From contig CAWGJT010000005.1 in assembly GCA_963822965.1 (NCBI GenBank), forward strand, positions 1 to 64,000: 64,000 bases of DNA, written 5' to 3'. Origin of the DNA: an uncultured delta proteobacterium. GTDB taxonomy: Bacteria > Myxococcota_A > UBA9160 > UBA4427. A program made the translations under genes and the position numbers. Below, one piece after another: positions 53,587 to 63,906 of this stretch (position 1 is the stretch's first letter; every line of letters starts with the position of its first letter). The notes under the pieces were generated by a model that saw nothing but the letters and a program-made list of their open reading frames with translations, was not told the DNA's origin and did no database searches.

Positions 53587-54396
53587 ATGCACGAGCCGAT
53601 CTCGTTCGATCCGCCGCCCGCCGAGCTGCTCTCGATCCTCGAGTCCGCGACGCCCGGCGTCGCTCGCCCGGGCGCGAGCGCCCGGCGCCTGGAGTTCTCC
53701 TGTCGCGGCGACCGTGTGCGCCTCGACCTGGTGGCGCCCGGCACGTCCGGGCCGCATCCGACCCTGCTCGTGCAGCCCGCGCCCGGCGGGCCGAGAGGAC
53801 CCGAAGGCCTGGCGGGTGCGGACGCCTGGCTCGCCGCGGGGGTCGCGCTGGCCTCGGTCGACCTGCCCCTCTTCGGCGCCCGGCGCTCCGCGAAGCTCTC
53901 GCGCCAGCTCGAGGAGACGATCGCCGGCGCCGCCCGGGGAGAGCCCGTCGCCCGGGCCTCCCGATTGCTGTGGACGGAGTTCACACGCCAGGCGGTGATG
54001 GAGCTGCGCCGCACGCTGGACGTCCTCGAGCACGTCTGGGAGAGCCGGGACGCCCCCGTCGCCTACGCGGGGAGTGGCATCGCCGGCTCCCTCGGTGCCC
54101 TGCTGTGCGCGGTGGACGAACGGCCACGGGGCGCCGTCCTGCACCTCACCGGCGGCGGCTTCGGTCCAGAGGAGATCGACCCGGTGTTCCGGGTCGCCGC
54201 CATCGCACCCCGGCCGCTGCTCCTCGTGAACCGCGACGAGCACCCGGGCGAGCCCGGCGCGCCCGCCGTCCCGAGGAGCGCCGCGAAGGCGCTCGCCGAG
54301 GCGGCCGGCGAGAACGCCCGCGCGGAGTGGCAGAGCGGCCCCGACCCGGGCCTGCTGGAGATCGCCCGGGACTTCCTGTCCCCGCTGCTCTCGTAG
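53587..54396 (+). CDS. Alpha/beta hydrolase-fold protein with a degenerate catalytic motif
   Basis: EFSCRGDRV, SVDLPLFGAR, QAVMELRRTLD, AYAGSGIAG, IDPV...IAPRPLLLVN. Confidence 0.7.
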   Translation: MHEPISFDPPPAELLSILESATPGVARPGASARRLEFSCRGDRVRLDLVAPGTSGPHPTLLVQPAPGGPRGPEGLAGADAWLAAGVALASVDLPLFGARRSAKLSRQLEETIAGAARGEPVARASRLLWTEFTRQAVMELRRTLDVLEHVWESRDAPVAYAGSGIAGSLGALLCAVDERPRGAVLHLTGGGFGPEEIDPVFRVAAIAPRPLLLVNRDEHPGEPGAPAVPRSAAKALAEAAGENARAEWQSGPDPGLLEIARDFLSPLLS

Positions 54397-54474
54397 CCGC
54401 CCGGCCAGGAGCGCAACCCGAGGCGAAGTCCCCGGTCGCGGTTCCACCGCAGACGAATCCTGCTGATTCGCCTG

Positions 54475-55820
54475 CTAGGCCAGCTCGTGGATGCGGGCGA
54501 GCAGCCGGTCTCGTTCCCGGACCATGTGCTCGTGCGTGTCCGCCTCGAGATTCAGGCGCAGCACCGGCTCGGTGTTCGACGGGCGCAGGTTGAACCACCA
54601 GTCGGGATAGCGGACCAGCAGCCCGTCGAGCTTCGAGACGGTGGGGGCCTCGCGGTGCTCGCGCTCGATCGTCTCGAGCACCCGCTGCACGTCGCTCACA
54701 CGGCTGTTGATCTCGCCACTCGCCGCGTAGCGGCGGAGGGGTGCCACGATCTCCGAGAGGGGGCGCTTCTCCCGGGCCAGGACGTCGAGCACGGCGACGA
54801 GCCCCGCGATGCCGTCGTCGGCCACCAGCGTGTCCGAGAAGCGGAAGTAGAGATGACCCGAGAGCTCGCCCGCGAAGATGGCGCCGGATTCGCGCATGCG
54901 TGCCTTCACGAACGAGTGTCCGACGCGGCACATCTCCGCCCGTCCTCCCGCCTTCTCGATCTCCTCGGGCACGGCCCGGCTCGAGCGCAGGTCGTAGAGC
55001 ACGAGGCCACCCGGGTGTCGGGCGAGCTGATGGCGCGCGAGGACGCCGGTCATCAGGTCCGAGGCGATCGGCTCGCCCCGCTCGTCCACGAAGACGGCGC
55101 GGTCCGCGTCGCCGTCGAAGGCGACGCCGAAGTCGGCGCCGACGCGCTTCACCGCGGCGACGACGTCGTCGAGGTTCTCGCGCTTCAGCGGGTCGGCCTC
55201 GTGGTTCGGAAACGTCCCGTCGGGCTCGAAGTAGAGCCGTTCCACCGTGAGGGGCAGCCGGTCGAGCAGCGGCTCGAGCCCCGCGGCCGCCATGCCGTTG
55301 CCACAGTCGATCGCCACGCGCAGCCGGGGACGGCCGGCGCCCACCGCGAGGACGTGCTCCACGTACTCCGCCCGGACGTCCACCTCGCGAACCGAGCCGC
55401 GGTCCGCGGCGGGCGGGTCGGATCCGACGCCCGCCAGCCCCTTCTCGATGTCGCGCAGCCCGCTCGCTTCGCCCACGGGAATCGCGTGCTCGCGGCACAC
55501 CTTGAGGCCGTTGTAGCGACCCGGGTTGTGGGAGGCGGTGATCATGATGCCGGCGCCGGCGGAGAGATGATCGACGGCGAAGTAGAGCATCGGCGTCGCC
55601 ACCAGACCGAGATCGATCACGTCGACGCCCTCGTCGCAGATCCCGCCGGACGAGGGCGTCCCGTAGCGCGGGCGAGTGCTTCCGCGCGTCGCGCCCGACC
55701 GCGATCACGTCGGCGACGCCGAGCCAGCGCGCCGCAGAACGACCGATGCGATAGGTGATGTCGGCGATCGAGCTCGTCGGGAACGACGCCCCGGATGTCA
55801 TAGGCCTTGAAGATCGTCAC
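54475..55820 (-). CDS. Phosphomannomutase/phosphoglucomutase (frameshifted near N-terminus)
   Basis: [36 protein letters not shown]. Confidence 0.93.
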
Positions 55821-55954
55821 GGCGGCCAGTCTACCTTCCAGGAGGCTCCGGCGACGCGGCAGTGCTCGGCACGGGCGCATCCCGCCCCGTCCTTGACCCC
55901 GTCCGGGGGCAGCGGCACCCTGTGGGTGGCCGGAAGTCCGCCGAAGGGGACGAC

Positions 55955-56245
55955 ATGTTCGGATTGGGAGCGACCGAGCTCGCCATCATTCTCGCGATCG
56001 TCGTCGTGCTCTTCGGCGCCCGGCGGCTGCCCGAGATCGGGGCCGGCGTCGGCAAGGCCATCAAGAACTTCCGCGCCGGCATGTCGGGGCAGGACGAGAT
56101 CGACGTGACGCCCGAGTCGGAGCCGAACGAGAGCGCCTCTAGCGAGAGGCCGTCGGGGAAGAGCGAGAAGCCGTCGGGGAAGCTGGGCGAGACGGCGACG
56201 AGCCAGCACCAGGGGATGGCGGAGAGCAGCAAGACCCGTTCGTGA
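55955..56245 (+). CDS. tatA: Twin-arginine translocase TatA/E
   Basis: [40 protein letters not shown]. Confidence 0.93.
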   Translation: MFGLGATELAIILAIVVVLFGARRLPEIGAGVGKAIKNFRAGMSGQDEIDVTPESEPNESASSERPSGKSEKPSGKLGETATSQHQGMAESSKTRS

Positions 56246-57760
56246 GCGCGGGGGAGCCAGCCGGGCCCCCGGATGCGCCGAGCGCTGCATCCCCATTGTC
56301 GGCCGCATTGCCGGCCGTACCCGCCGGCGACGCCTCGCCCGTGCTGCCGGGCAACGCCTCGGCCGGATCGGCCAGTGCGTTCTCCGCGGGCACCGCCGCG
56401 GGGATGTGGGCCGTCTGGCCCATCTCCACCACGAAGCCCGTGGCCTCGTCGGGTACGCCGTCGAAGAAGGCCAGGAACAGGATGTCCTCGCCCGGCTCGA
56501 GCCGCATGTTCGCGAGATCCCGCGCCGCGTCGCCGGCGGCCTCCGCGAGGTCGCCGTGGGAGGACTCGCGCAGGGCCTGGTCGGTGAGCGGCAGCCCCGC
56601 CCTCGCCGGGGTGACGTCGAGGGGGCTCCCGTCCGGCGCCCGCAGCGCCACGGTCAGGCCGTCCCCGGGCAGCAGCGGTCTGCCGCTCTCGTTCACCAAC
56701 AGACCGCTCACCGCGTAGAGATGGGTGGCGCGGACGGTCTCCAGCCAACGGCCGCTCACGGACTTCGCGCGGAACTGGCCGAGATCGACGGAGGTGGGGA
56801 CCGCGCTCGTGGGATCCGCGACGTGGAAGACGCCCCGGGCCACGCCGAGCCCGAAGAGGCCGAGGGTCACGAGCCAGCCGACCGCGCGGCCGGCGACGAG
56901 CAGGAAGGCGAAGCGCGAGCCGGTGTCGCTCGCGACGTTGCCGAGATCGGGGCCCCGAGAGGCGGGGCGCCGGGGAGCCTCGTCCCTTCCGACCGCCTGC
57001 ATGGCGCGCCCCCTGGCGTCGTCCATCGCGGCGGGGTGCTCGAGACTGTCGTCGCTGAAGAAGTCCCAGTCCTCCGGCTCGCCGACCTCCTCCGAGGGCG
57101 CCGGCCCGGCGGCGGGGCTCGGGCCTCGAGGCGGCGCGACCGGATCGGGCGTCGGGACTTCGTCGGCCAACGCCGAGAAGTCGCTCGCCTCGCCGAAGTC
57201 GCTCTGGTCCGAGATTGCGGCGGCGGCGGCGATCCCGGGCGAGGCAGGCGCTCCGCCGTCGCCGTCCAGATCCAGGTCGCTCTCGTCGTCGCCGAAGCCC
57301 TCGTCGTCGTCACCGAACTCGTCGCCCCCGAGACCGGGAATCGGCCCGTCGTCGCCCGCGTCCAGGGAGACGGAGGTGGTGGCGGTGTCGAAGACGCCCC
57401 TCTCCTCGTCGTCTTCCTCTTCGTCGGGTCGGCCGAAGGGGCTCGATCGTCGTCGTCGAGGTCGGAGTCTCCCGATCCCGGAAGGTCGTCGTTGAACTCC
57501 CAGTCCTCTTCTTCCGGCTCGGCGGAGTGGGTGTGCGGGAGCGACGACTCGGACGGGAGATCCTGGGTCGAATCCGGGGCCGTGCCCTCGGCGGCGGCCT
57601 GGGTGGCGACGTCGTTCACCGCGTCGGCCTGGCTCGCATCCGGGTGCTCGAGGAAGAACGCTTCCTTGCATCGCGAGCAGCGCACGCGGATCCCGCGCAG
57701 CGGGACACGCGAATCGTCGAGCTGGAATCTCGTCTGACAGTTGCTGCACTCGACGATCAC
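56139..57760 (-). CDS. MJ0042-type zinc-ribbon protein with acidic linker, TM and DUF3426-like periplasmic domain (frameshifted)
   Basis: [37 protein letters not shown]-rich linker; [11 protein letters not shown]. Confidence 0.75.
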
Positions 57761-57999
57761 GGTCGTCCTCGACGGCCTCCGCTGGCGATGGCTGCGCGAC
57801 TCGGGTCCCAAGCGCGTGTGCTAGCGTCGAAAATCGACCGCGGGGACCCTTCTGGCGTTTCGGATTCGCCGGGAGGCGGCTTGAGCTTCGTCTGGCTCTC
57901 CCGAGGCCGGCGAGACGACGGTCAGCCGGGCAGGGTCCGACGGGGCGGCCGGGTCGACCGGGCCAGGCCCGAGCTCTCCGTCCTCTGCGAAGGGTTTCC

Positions 58000-58979
58000 A
58001 TGATGGCGGAACTCCCCTCGCTGCTCGACCGCCGACTCGTGATCGTCACCGGCAAGGGCGGCACCGGAAAGACCACGGTGGCTGCCGCGCTCGCGGTCGC
58101 CGGGGCCCGGAGCGGCCGCTCGGTGCTCGTCGCCGAGGTGGGCGGTCAGGAGCAGGTCCCCCAGTTCATCTCGCCCGGGCATCCACCCGTGGGATACGCC
58201 GGCAGCGAGCTCCTGCCCGGGCTCACCTGCGTCCACATCGATCCCTTCGAGGCCCTGGCCGAGTATCTGGGACTCCAGCTCCACATGCGGGGAATCGTGG
58301 ACCTGGTGCTGCGCAACAAGGGCTTCGCCCAGCTCCTGGACGCGGCGCCGGGCTGGCGAGAGCTGATCACCCTGGGCAAGGTGTGGCACCTGGCGCAGAT
58401 GCAGGACGGCCGGGGCGGACCGCTGTACGAGCTGATCGTCGTCGACGCGCCGGCGACGGGACACGGCCTCACGTTCCTCGACGTGCCCCGGGTGGTCGGC
58501 GGTGCCGTGCGCGCGGGGCCGCTTCGCGGCCACGCCCATCTCGTCGAGGAGCTGGTGCGCGACCCCGACCAGACGCTGCTGCTGCCCGTCGCGCTGGCCG
58601 AGGAGCTGCCCGCGCGGGAGACCGCCGAGCTCGTGCGTCGCGCGAAGGGCGAGATCGGAATCGCGGTGGACCGCGTGGTGGTGAACGCGGTGATGCCCGC
58701 GCCCTTCCCCCCGGCGTGCCGGCCGACCTGGACGAGCGCCTCCGGCGGCTGGATGCGGACCTCGACCTCGGAGGCCTGCCGAAACCGCAGGTGTTCGCCG
58801 CCTGCGCATCCTACCTGCGCTCCCGGCACGAGCTGAACGCCGGCTACGTCGAGCAGATCCGCCGCGACTGCGGCGAGCCCCTGGTGACGCTCCCCTACGT
58901 GGCCGGCGGTCTGTCCGGCTCGGACGCGCTGGCGGCCTTCGCGGCCCCCCTCCTCGGCGGGTCGGGAGGCGCGTCGTGA
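58000..58979 (+). CDS. ArsA/Get3-like ATPase, subunit A (Rv3679-like; frameshift near 58720)
   Basis: VTGKGGTGKTT, APGWRELITLGK, VDAPATGHG, LAEELPARET. Confidence 0.85.
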
Positions 58980-60256
58980 GCGCCGCGAACACGACGGATC
59001 CGGCGGCCGGACTCGCAGGGCTTCTGGGCGAGCGGCGGATTCTCGTCGTGGCCGGCACGGGCGGCGTGGGCAAGACGACCGTCGCCGCCGCCCTGGCCGT
59101 GGAGGCGGCGCGCCGCGGGCGCCGGACCCTCGTCCTCACCATCGATCCCGCGCGCCGGCTGTGCGACGCCATGGGGCTCGCTCCGCCTGCCGAGGACGCC
59201 CCCGGCGAGGCGCAGCCGCTCGCCGAGAGCACCCGGGACGAGCTCGGGATCACGGCCCCCGGCTCTCTCGAAGCCGTGATGCTGGACATGAAGAGCACGT
59301 TCGACGGCCTGGTGGACCGCTTCGCCGAGGGGCAGGAGGTGAAGGCGCGTATCCTCGACAACCCGATCTACCAGCACGTCTCCGACGCCCTGGCCGGGAG
59401 CGCCGAGTACGCGGCCATGGAGAAGGTCTTCGAGCTGTCCGAGTGCGGCCGCTACGACCTCATCGTGGTGGACACACCGCCTTCCCAGCATGCCCTCGAC
59501 TTCCTGGAGGCGCCCCGCCGCCTCGTCGAGTTCCTCGACAGCCGCTTCGTGCAGCTGCTCGTCCATCCCGCGATGGCGGCGGGCCGCTTCGGGTTCCGGC
59601 TCTTCCACCGCACGAGCCAGCGCGTGCTGAAGGTCATCGAGCGGATCTCCGGCGTGGGCTTCCTGGAGGACATCTCGGAGTTCCTGCTGGCCATCGAAGG
59701 CATGTCCGAAGGCTTCCGGCAACGCGCGACGAACGTACGCCGCCTGCTGCTGGGCCCCCAGTCGGCCTTCCTGGTGGTGGCCGGGCCGAGTCCCCAGGCC
59801 GCCCGCTCGGCCTTCGAGTTCCTGACGCGCATGCGGGGCACGGGCGTGCCCGTGGAGGGCGTGCTGATGAATCGCGTGCGCCTGTGGCCCGACGGCGAGA
59901 CCATCCCGAGCTGCCTGCGCGGCGAGCCCGTCGAGTCGCGCGACCTCGAGCGGCTCGCGGCGGCCCTGGCAGACCCGACGGACGACCCCGGAGGCGACGC
60001 GTCGTCCCGCGCCTCCGCCCGCACGGCGGTGGAGCTGGCGAAGCGATACGCTTCCCTCGTGCGGCTCGACGAAAAGAGTGCCCAGCCCCTGCGCGAGCAT
60101 GCCCGCCGGCATCGACAGCTGTACGGGACGATCCCGGAGCTTCCCCGCGACGTGTGCGACCTCAGCAGCCTGGTGGTGATCGGCGACGCCCTGTTCCGCG
60201 GGCGCAAGCTGCCGGCCGCGCAGCCAACCGGATCGGCCGATCCACATGGCGCGTAG
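58976..60256 (+). CDS. ArsA/Get3-like ATPase, subunit B (Rv3680-like)
   Basis: GTGGVGKTT, TIDPARRL, MLDMKSTFD, GSAEYAAMEK, VDTPPSQHALDFL. Confidence 0.9.
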   Translation: MSAANTTDPAAGLAGLLGERRILVVAGTGGVGKTTVAAALAVEAARRGRRTLVLTIDPARRLCDAMGLAPPAEDAPGEAQPLAESTRDELGITAPGSLEAVMLDMKSTFDGLVDRFAEGQEVKARILDNPIYQHVSDALAGSAEYAAMEKVFELSECGRYDLIVVDTPPSQHALDFLEAPRRLVEFLDSRFVQLLVHPAMAAGRFGFRLFHRTSQRVLKVIERISGVGFLEDISEFLLAIEGMSEGFRQRATNVRRLLLGPQSAFLVVAGPSPQAARSAFEFLTRMRGTGVPVEGVLMNRVRLWPDGETIPSCLRGEPVESRDLERLAAALADPTDDPGGDASSRASARTAVELAKRYASLVRLDEKSAQPLREHARRHRQLYGTIPELPRDVCDLSSLVVIGDALFRGRKLPAAQPTGSADPHGA

Positions 60257-60788
60257 ACCGCACACCCAGGCGGGGCCGGAAACGGCCGCCGAGGCCCTCG
60301 GTCGGGCTCGCGTGCACGCCCGGCGAGCCCTCGGCGAGGCCATCGCCGCCATGCGCGCCCTGCTCGACGCGGCCTCCCTCGGCTGGAGCGGCAAGCCCAG
60401 CGAGGCGCACGCCGCGCTGCGGGGAATCGCATCGCTGCTCGACGAGCAGAGCGAGCGCTTCACCACCGGCGAAGGCGTGCTCCCGGCCCCCATGGCCAGC
60501 GCCATCCTCGAGGCGCTGGACCAGGAGATCGCGCGCTGGGAGCAGCGGGGCGACACGGACACCGAAGCGCGCGCGGTGCTGCGCACCTTCCTGGGCCTGC
60601 GCGAGGTCCTCTGGGAGCTGGGGCTGCGCCGGGAAGATCCCGCCGCCGGCCGCGCCGCATCGCCGCCGGAGCGAACGCCCGGCGACGGCGCCCCGTCCGG
60701 GTCGGGCGGCGCCTCGAAGCCGGGGGCGCAGCGTGTTGCGAGCACGGGCCAGCGCGCACGCGTCCAACGCGTCGACGTCCGCGGCTGA
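60246..60788 (+). CDS. Helical hypothetical protein coupled to the ArsA pair
   Basis: Clean ORF overlapping the ArsA-B stop; ends RVQRVDVRG. Confidence 0.75.
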   Translation: MARRPHTQAGPETAAEALGRARVHARRALGEAIAAMRALLDAASLGWSGKPSEAHAALRGIASLLDEQSERFTTGEGVLPAPMASAILEALDQEIARWEQRGDTDTEARAVLRTFLGLREVLWELGLRREDPAAGRAASPPERTPGDGAPSGSGGASKPGAQRVASTGQRARVQRVDVRG

Positions 60789-60857
60789 CGCCGCGGCAGG
60801 GCGCTCCCCATGGATCCGGGCTAGGGTCTGGCCCGGCTCACGAGAGCGAGACCCCCT

Positions 60858-61505
60858 ATGGCGATCCTGATCAAGCGCTACGCGAACCGAAAGCTCTACA
60901 ACACCGACACCAGCCGCTACATCACCCTCAAGGGCATCGCGGAGCTCATCGATCAGGGGAGCGAAGTCCGGGTCATCGACAACGAGACGGGCGAGGACAT
61001 CACGAACGTCGCGCTCTCGCAGATCCTGGTCGACAGCGAACGCTCCAACTCCGACGTGTCGGGCAGCCTGCTCTCCCAGATCCTGGGGCGCGGCGGAGAC
61101 GCCCTCTACGAGACCCTGCGAAAGAGCGTCGACGACGCGAGCGAGAACCTGGGCGACATCCAGGAGCGCTTCCGCCGCTTCGTCGCCGGGCACGAGGCGC
61201 GCGAGGCACGCGAAGGACAGGAGCCGGGCTCGGAGTCGGGCCGCCGATCGCGCGATCACCGCAGCCTCTCCGACTGGATCGCCTACGCGTCACCCGACTT
61301 CGACCAGATGGTGCAGCGGTCGGTGGAGCGCGTCTTCAAGGTGCTCGACCTGCCTCGCCGCTCGGACATCGACGCGCTCAACCGAAACCTCGAGCGCGTG
61401 GCCGAAGCCGTCGAGACCCTCGAGAAGGTCTACGAACGGCGCGAGGCCGCCGTCCCGAGGCCGCACCAGCCGCACGACGAGCCCGAGCCGCCCTCGGAGT
61501 TCTAG
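60858..61505 (+). CDS. PhaR-type DNA-binding domain fused to a PhaF/PhaI-like phasin coil
   Basis: IKRYANRKLYNTDTSRYITL...VIDNETGEDIT; VFKVLDLPRRSDIDALNRNLERVAEAVETLE. Confidence 0.85.
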   Translation: MAILIKRYANRKLYNTDTSRYITLKGIAELIDQGSEVRVIDNETGEDITNVALSQILVDSERSNSDVSGSLLSQILGRGGDALYETLRKSVDDASENLGDIQERFRRFVAGHEAREAREGQEPGSESGRRSRDHRSLSDWIAYASPDFDQMVQRSVERVFKVLDLPRRSDIDALNRNLERVAEAVETLEKVYERREAAVPRPHQPHDEPEPPSEF

Positions 61506-61569
61506 CGAGAAGCCGCGGCGTCGGCACGCGGAACGTCGCCTGCGACCGCCGACGCCGGGAGGCGTGACG

Positions 61570-62037
61570 ATGCGCGACCCGGCGGACCGACACTGGCAGG
61601 CATACCTCGATTCGCTGCCGGCCGGGGCCGATCGTCCGGCGCGCTACGTCGAGAGCTTCTCGTTCGGCTTCACACCGCAGGACGCGTCGGAGATCGCGGT
61701 CCTCGTGATCGACGGCATCAAGACCGCCACGGGCTCGGTGCTGTGGTCCTACGAGGCCGACGGAAAGCCGCTGCCCCGGGTCGGCGACCACTGGATCGTC
61801 CGGGACGGCGCCGGCGAGCCCGCCTGCGTCATCCGCACGACGGACGTCGCCATTCTTCCCTTCGACGAGGTGCCCGAGACGTACGCGCGCGAGGGCGGCG
61901 AAGGAGACCGCACCCTGGCGACCTGGCGCTCCATGTACTGGCGGTACATCGTCTCGGAGTGTCGGCGGATCGGCCGGGAGCCCCACGAGAAGGCCCCACT
62001 CGTGATGGAGCGCTTCACCGCCGTGTATCCCGGCTGA
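61570..62037 (+). CDS. ASCH domain protein
   Basis: FSFG...LVIDGIKTAT, PRVGD, EGGEGDRTLATWR. Confidence 0.9.
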   Translation: MRDPADRHWQAYLDSLPAGADRPARYVESFSFGFTPQDASEIAVLVIDGIKTATGSVLWSYEADGKPLPRVGDHWIVRDGAGEPACVIRTTDVAILPFDEVPETYAREGGEGDRTLATWRSMYWRYIVSECRRIGREPHEKAPLVMERFTAVYPG

Positions 62038-62224
62038 TCGCCGCCCTCCTCGGGGAGACCCCGCATGCCGGTGCCCGAGATTTCCGGTCCGGCGTGCGGC
62101 GCGTGCGGCGCGGAGCTGGGGCCACTCCTGCAGCCGCTACGGGCAGTCGTCGACGACCGCGGTACGGTAGCGGCCGTCGACGCGGTCCGGACGAGAGACC
62201 GACGGATCGGCGGGGAAGGAGCTG

Positions 62225-62857
62225 ATGTTCACCCTCTACACGACTCCGCTGTCGGCCAACGGCCGCAAGGTGCTGGCGGTGAGTCGGCATCTCGGACTCC
62301 ACCCCGAGGTGCGTTCCGTGAACGTCTACCGGGGCGAGGGACACGCGCCCGAGTACCTCGCCATCAACCCCTCGGGCCGGATTCCCACCCTGGTGGAGGG
62401 CGACTTCGTCCTGCTGGAGTCGAACGCCATCCTGGCGTACCTGGCGGAGGCCCATGGCGAGTTCCGGCTCCATTCCCGCGACCCGAAGGAGCGCGCCGAG
62501 ATCGCGAGCTGGCTGTTCTGGGAGTCGGCCCACTGGCAGCCTGCGCTCACCGGGGTGCTCTCGTCGCTGGTGGGCCACCGGCTCGTACCCGAGGCGTTTC
62601 CCGCACCCCCGACCTCGCCCAACTGGCGGAACGCGCGCCTGCGGCCACTCCTCGATCGGCTCGAGGCGCACCTCGAGGGTCGCGAGTTCCTGGCCGCGGG
62701 TCGGCTCACGATCGCCGACTTCTCGATCGCCGGCATGGTGACCTACTTCCGGGCGGCGGTGTTTCCGTTCCGGGAGTTCCCGAATCTCACGGGTTGGTAC
62801 GCCGGGCTCGAGGCCCTCGCCGCGTGGCGGGAGACCGCCGTCGCCCCCTGGAAGTGA
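62225..62857 (+). CDS. Glutathione S-transferase
   Basis: SANGRKV, YLAINPSGRIPTL, LESNAILAYL, LTIADF. Confidence 0.92.
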   Translation: MFTLYTTPLSANGRKVLAVSRHLGLHPEVRSVNVYRGEGHAPEYLAINPSGRIPTLVEGDFVLLESNAILAYLAEAHGEFRLHSRDPKERAEIASWLFWESAHWQPALTGVLSSLVGHRLVPEAFPAPPTSPNWRNARLRPLLDRLEAHLEGREFLAAGRLTIADFSIAGMVTYFRAAVFPFREFPNLTGWYAGLEALAAWRETAVAPWK

Positions 62858-62888
62858 CGGGGCAGGCTGGGGAAGCAGTCGCGGCGCG

Positions 62889-63887
62889 TCAGCCCCAGAC
62901 CGAGGCGCGGCGGTCGAGCGCCGCGCCCACCAGGTCCTGGATGCGACCCCGCAGCTCCTCGGTGAGGCGCGAGAGCAGCAGCTCGTCCTCGAGCGCGCTC
63001 GGGTCGAGATCGTCGAGGGGGATGGGCGCGCCCACCTGGATGATCCACTTCGTCGGCAGCGGCAGCAGGCCCACCGGTCCGAGCCAGGGAAAGGTGGGCG
63101 TCACGGGCACGAAGGGCAGCCCCAGGCTGCGCGCGGGCAGATCCGCCTTGAACAGGATCGGGTGCGCCTCCTCGGCACCGACGATTCCCACCGGCACCAG
63201 GGGCACGCGATTCTCGACGGCGGCGCGGATCACGCCCCCCCGACCGAAGCGCTTCATCCGGTAGCGCTCGGCGAAGACCTTCGCGGCGCCCTTCACGCCC
63301 TCCGGAAACGCGATGACCGAGCGCCCCGTCCGCAGCAGGCGGTCCGCGTTCTCGCGGCAGGCGCGCACGCCACCGAGTCGCGCCAGGTAGGGCTGGGCGA
63401 AGGGCAACGTGATGAGCCAGTCCGCCACCAGGAAGCGCGGCCGCTCGCGACGGGGATGCCAACGCTCGACGGCCTGGGCGAGCATCAGTCCGTCGTAGGG
63501 CAGCAGGCCCGATCGATTCGCGACGAGCAGGTTCGGCCGTTCGGGGTCCAACGCGTCGAGCCCCAACACCTCGACGCGCCAGTAGCGGTCCATCAGGAAG
63601 TCGAGCAGCAGGCGGGTCCGCGCCAGGGTGACGTCGTCCATCCCGAACTCGTCGACGTTGCCCGATCGCTCCACCATGCCGAAGGTGCCGAGCCGGTGTC
63701 GCAGCTCCTCGAAAGCCGCCTGCCAGTCGAACTCGGGCGCCACCTCGGGCGGCGCCGCGGGAGCCGGGGCGTGCGACCGGGCGCGGATCTCGCGTCGCAG
63801 GTCGCGCAGGGCCAGGTGCAGCAGCTCGAGGCTCGCCTCTTCCGCCCCCAGCACCTCCGGCTCGCGGCTCTGTTCGCGCTCGATCAA
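62889..63887 (-). CDS. Lysophospholipid acyltransferase-like protein (Rv0502-like)
   Basis: VDEFGMD, LLVANRSGLLPYDG, AFPEGVKG, FGRGG, VPVGIVGAEE; His of the usual NH(x)nD motif appears as Arg. Confidence 0.85.
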   Translation of the reverse strand: MIEREQSREPEVLGAEEASLELLHLALRDLRREIRARSHAPAPAAPPEVAPEFDWQAAFEELRHRLGTFGMVERSGNVDEFGMDDVTLARTRLLLDFLMDRYWRVEVLGLDALDPERPNLLVANRSGLLPYDGLMLAQAVERWHPRRERPRFLVADWLITLPFAQPYLARLGGVRACRENADRLLRTGRSVIAFPEGVKGAAKVFAERYRMKRFGRGGVIRAAVENRVPLVPVGIVGAEEAHPILFKADLPARSLGLPFVPVTPTFPWLGPVGLLPLPTKWIIQVGAPIPLDDLDPSALEDELLLSRLTEELRGRIQDLVGAALDRRASVWG

Positions 63888-63906
63888 GTCGTCCCCGCCC
63901 GGGCGA

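Noticed and set aside
58000..60256. Arsenic resistance operon
   Set aside because: No arsB/acr3/arsC/arsR/arsD; motifs fit the Rv3679/Rv3680-type pair
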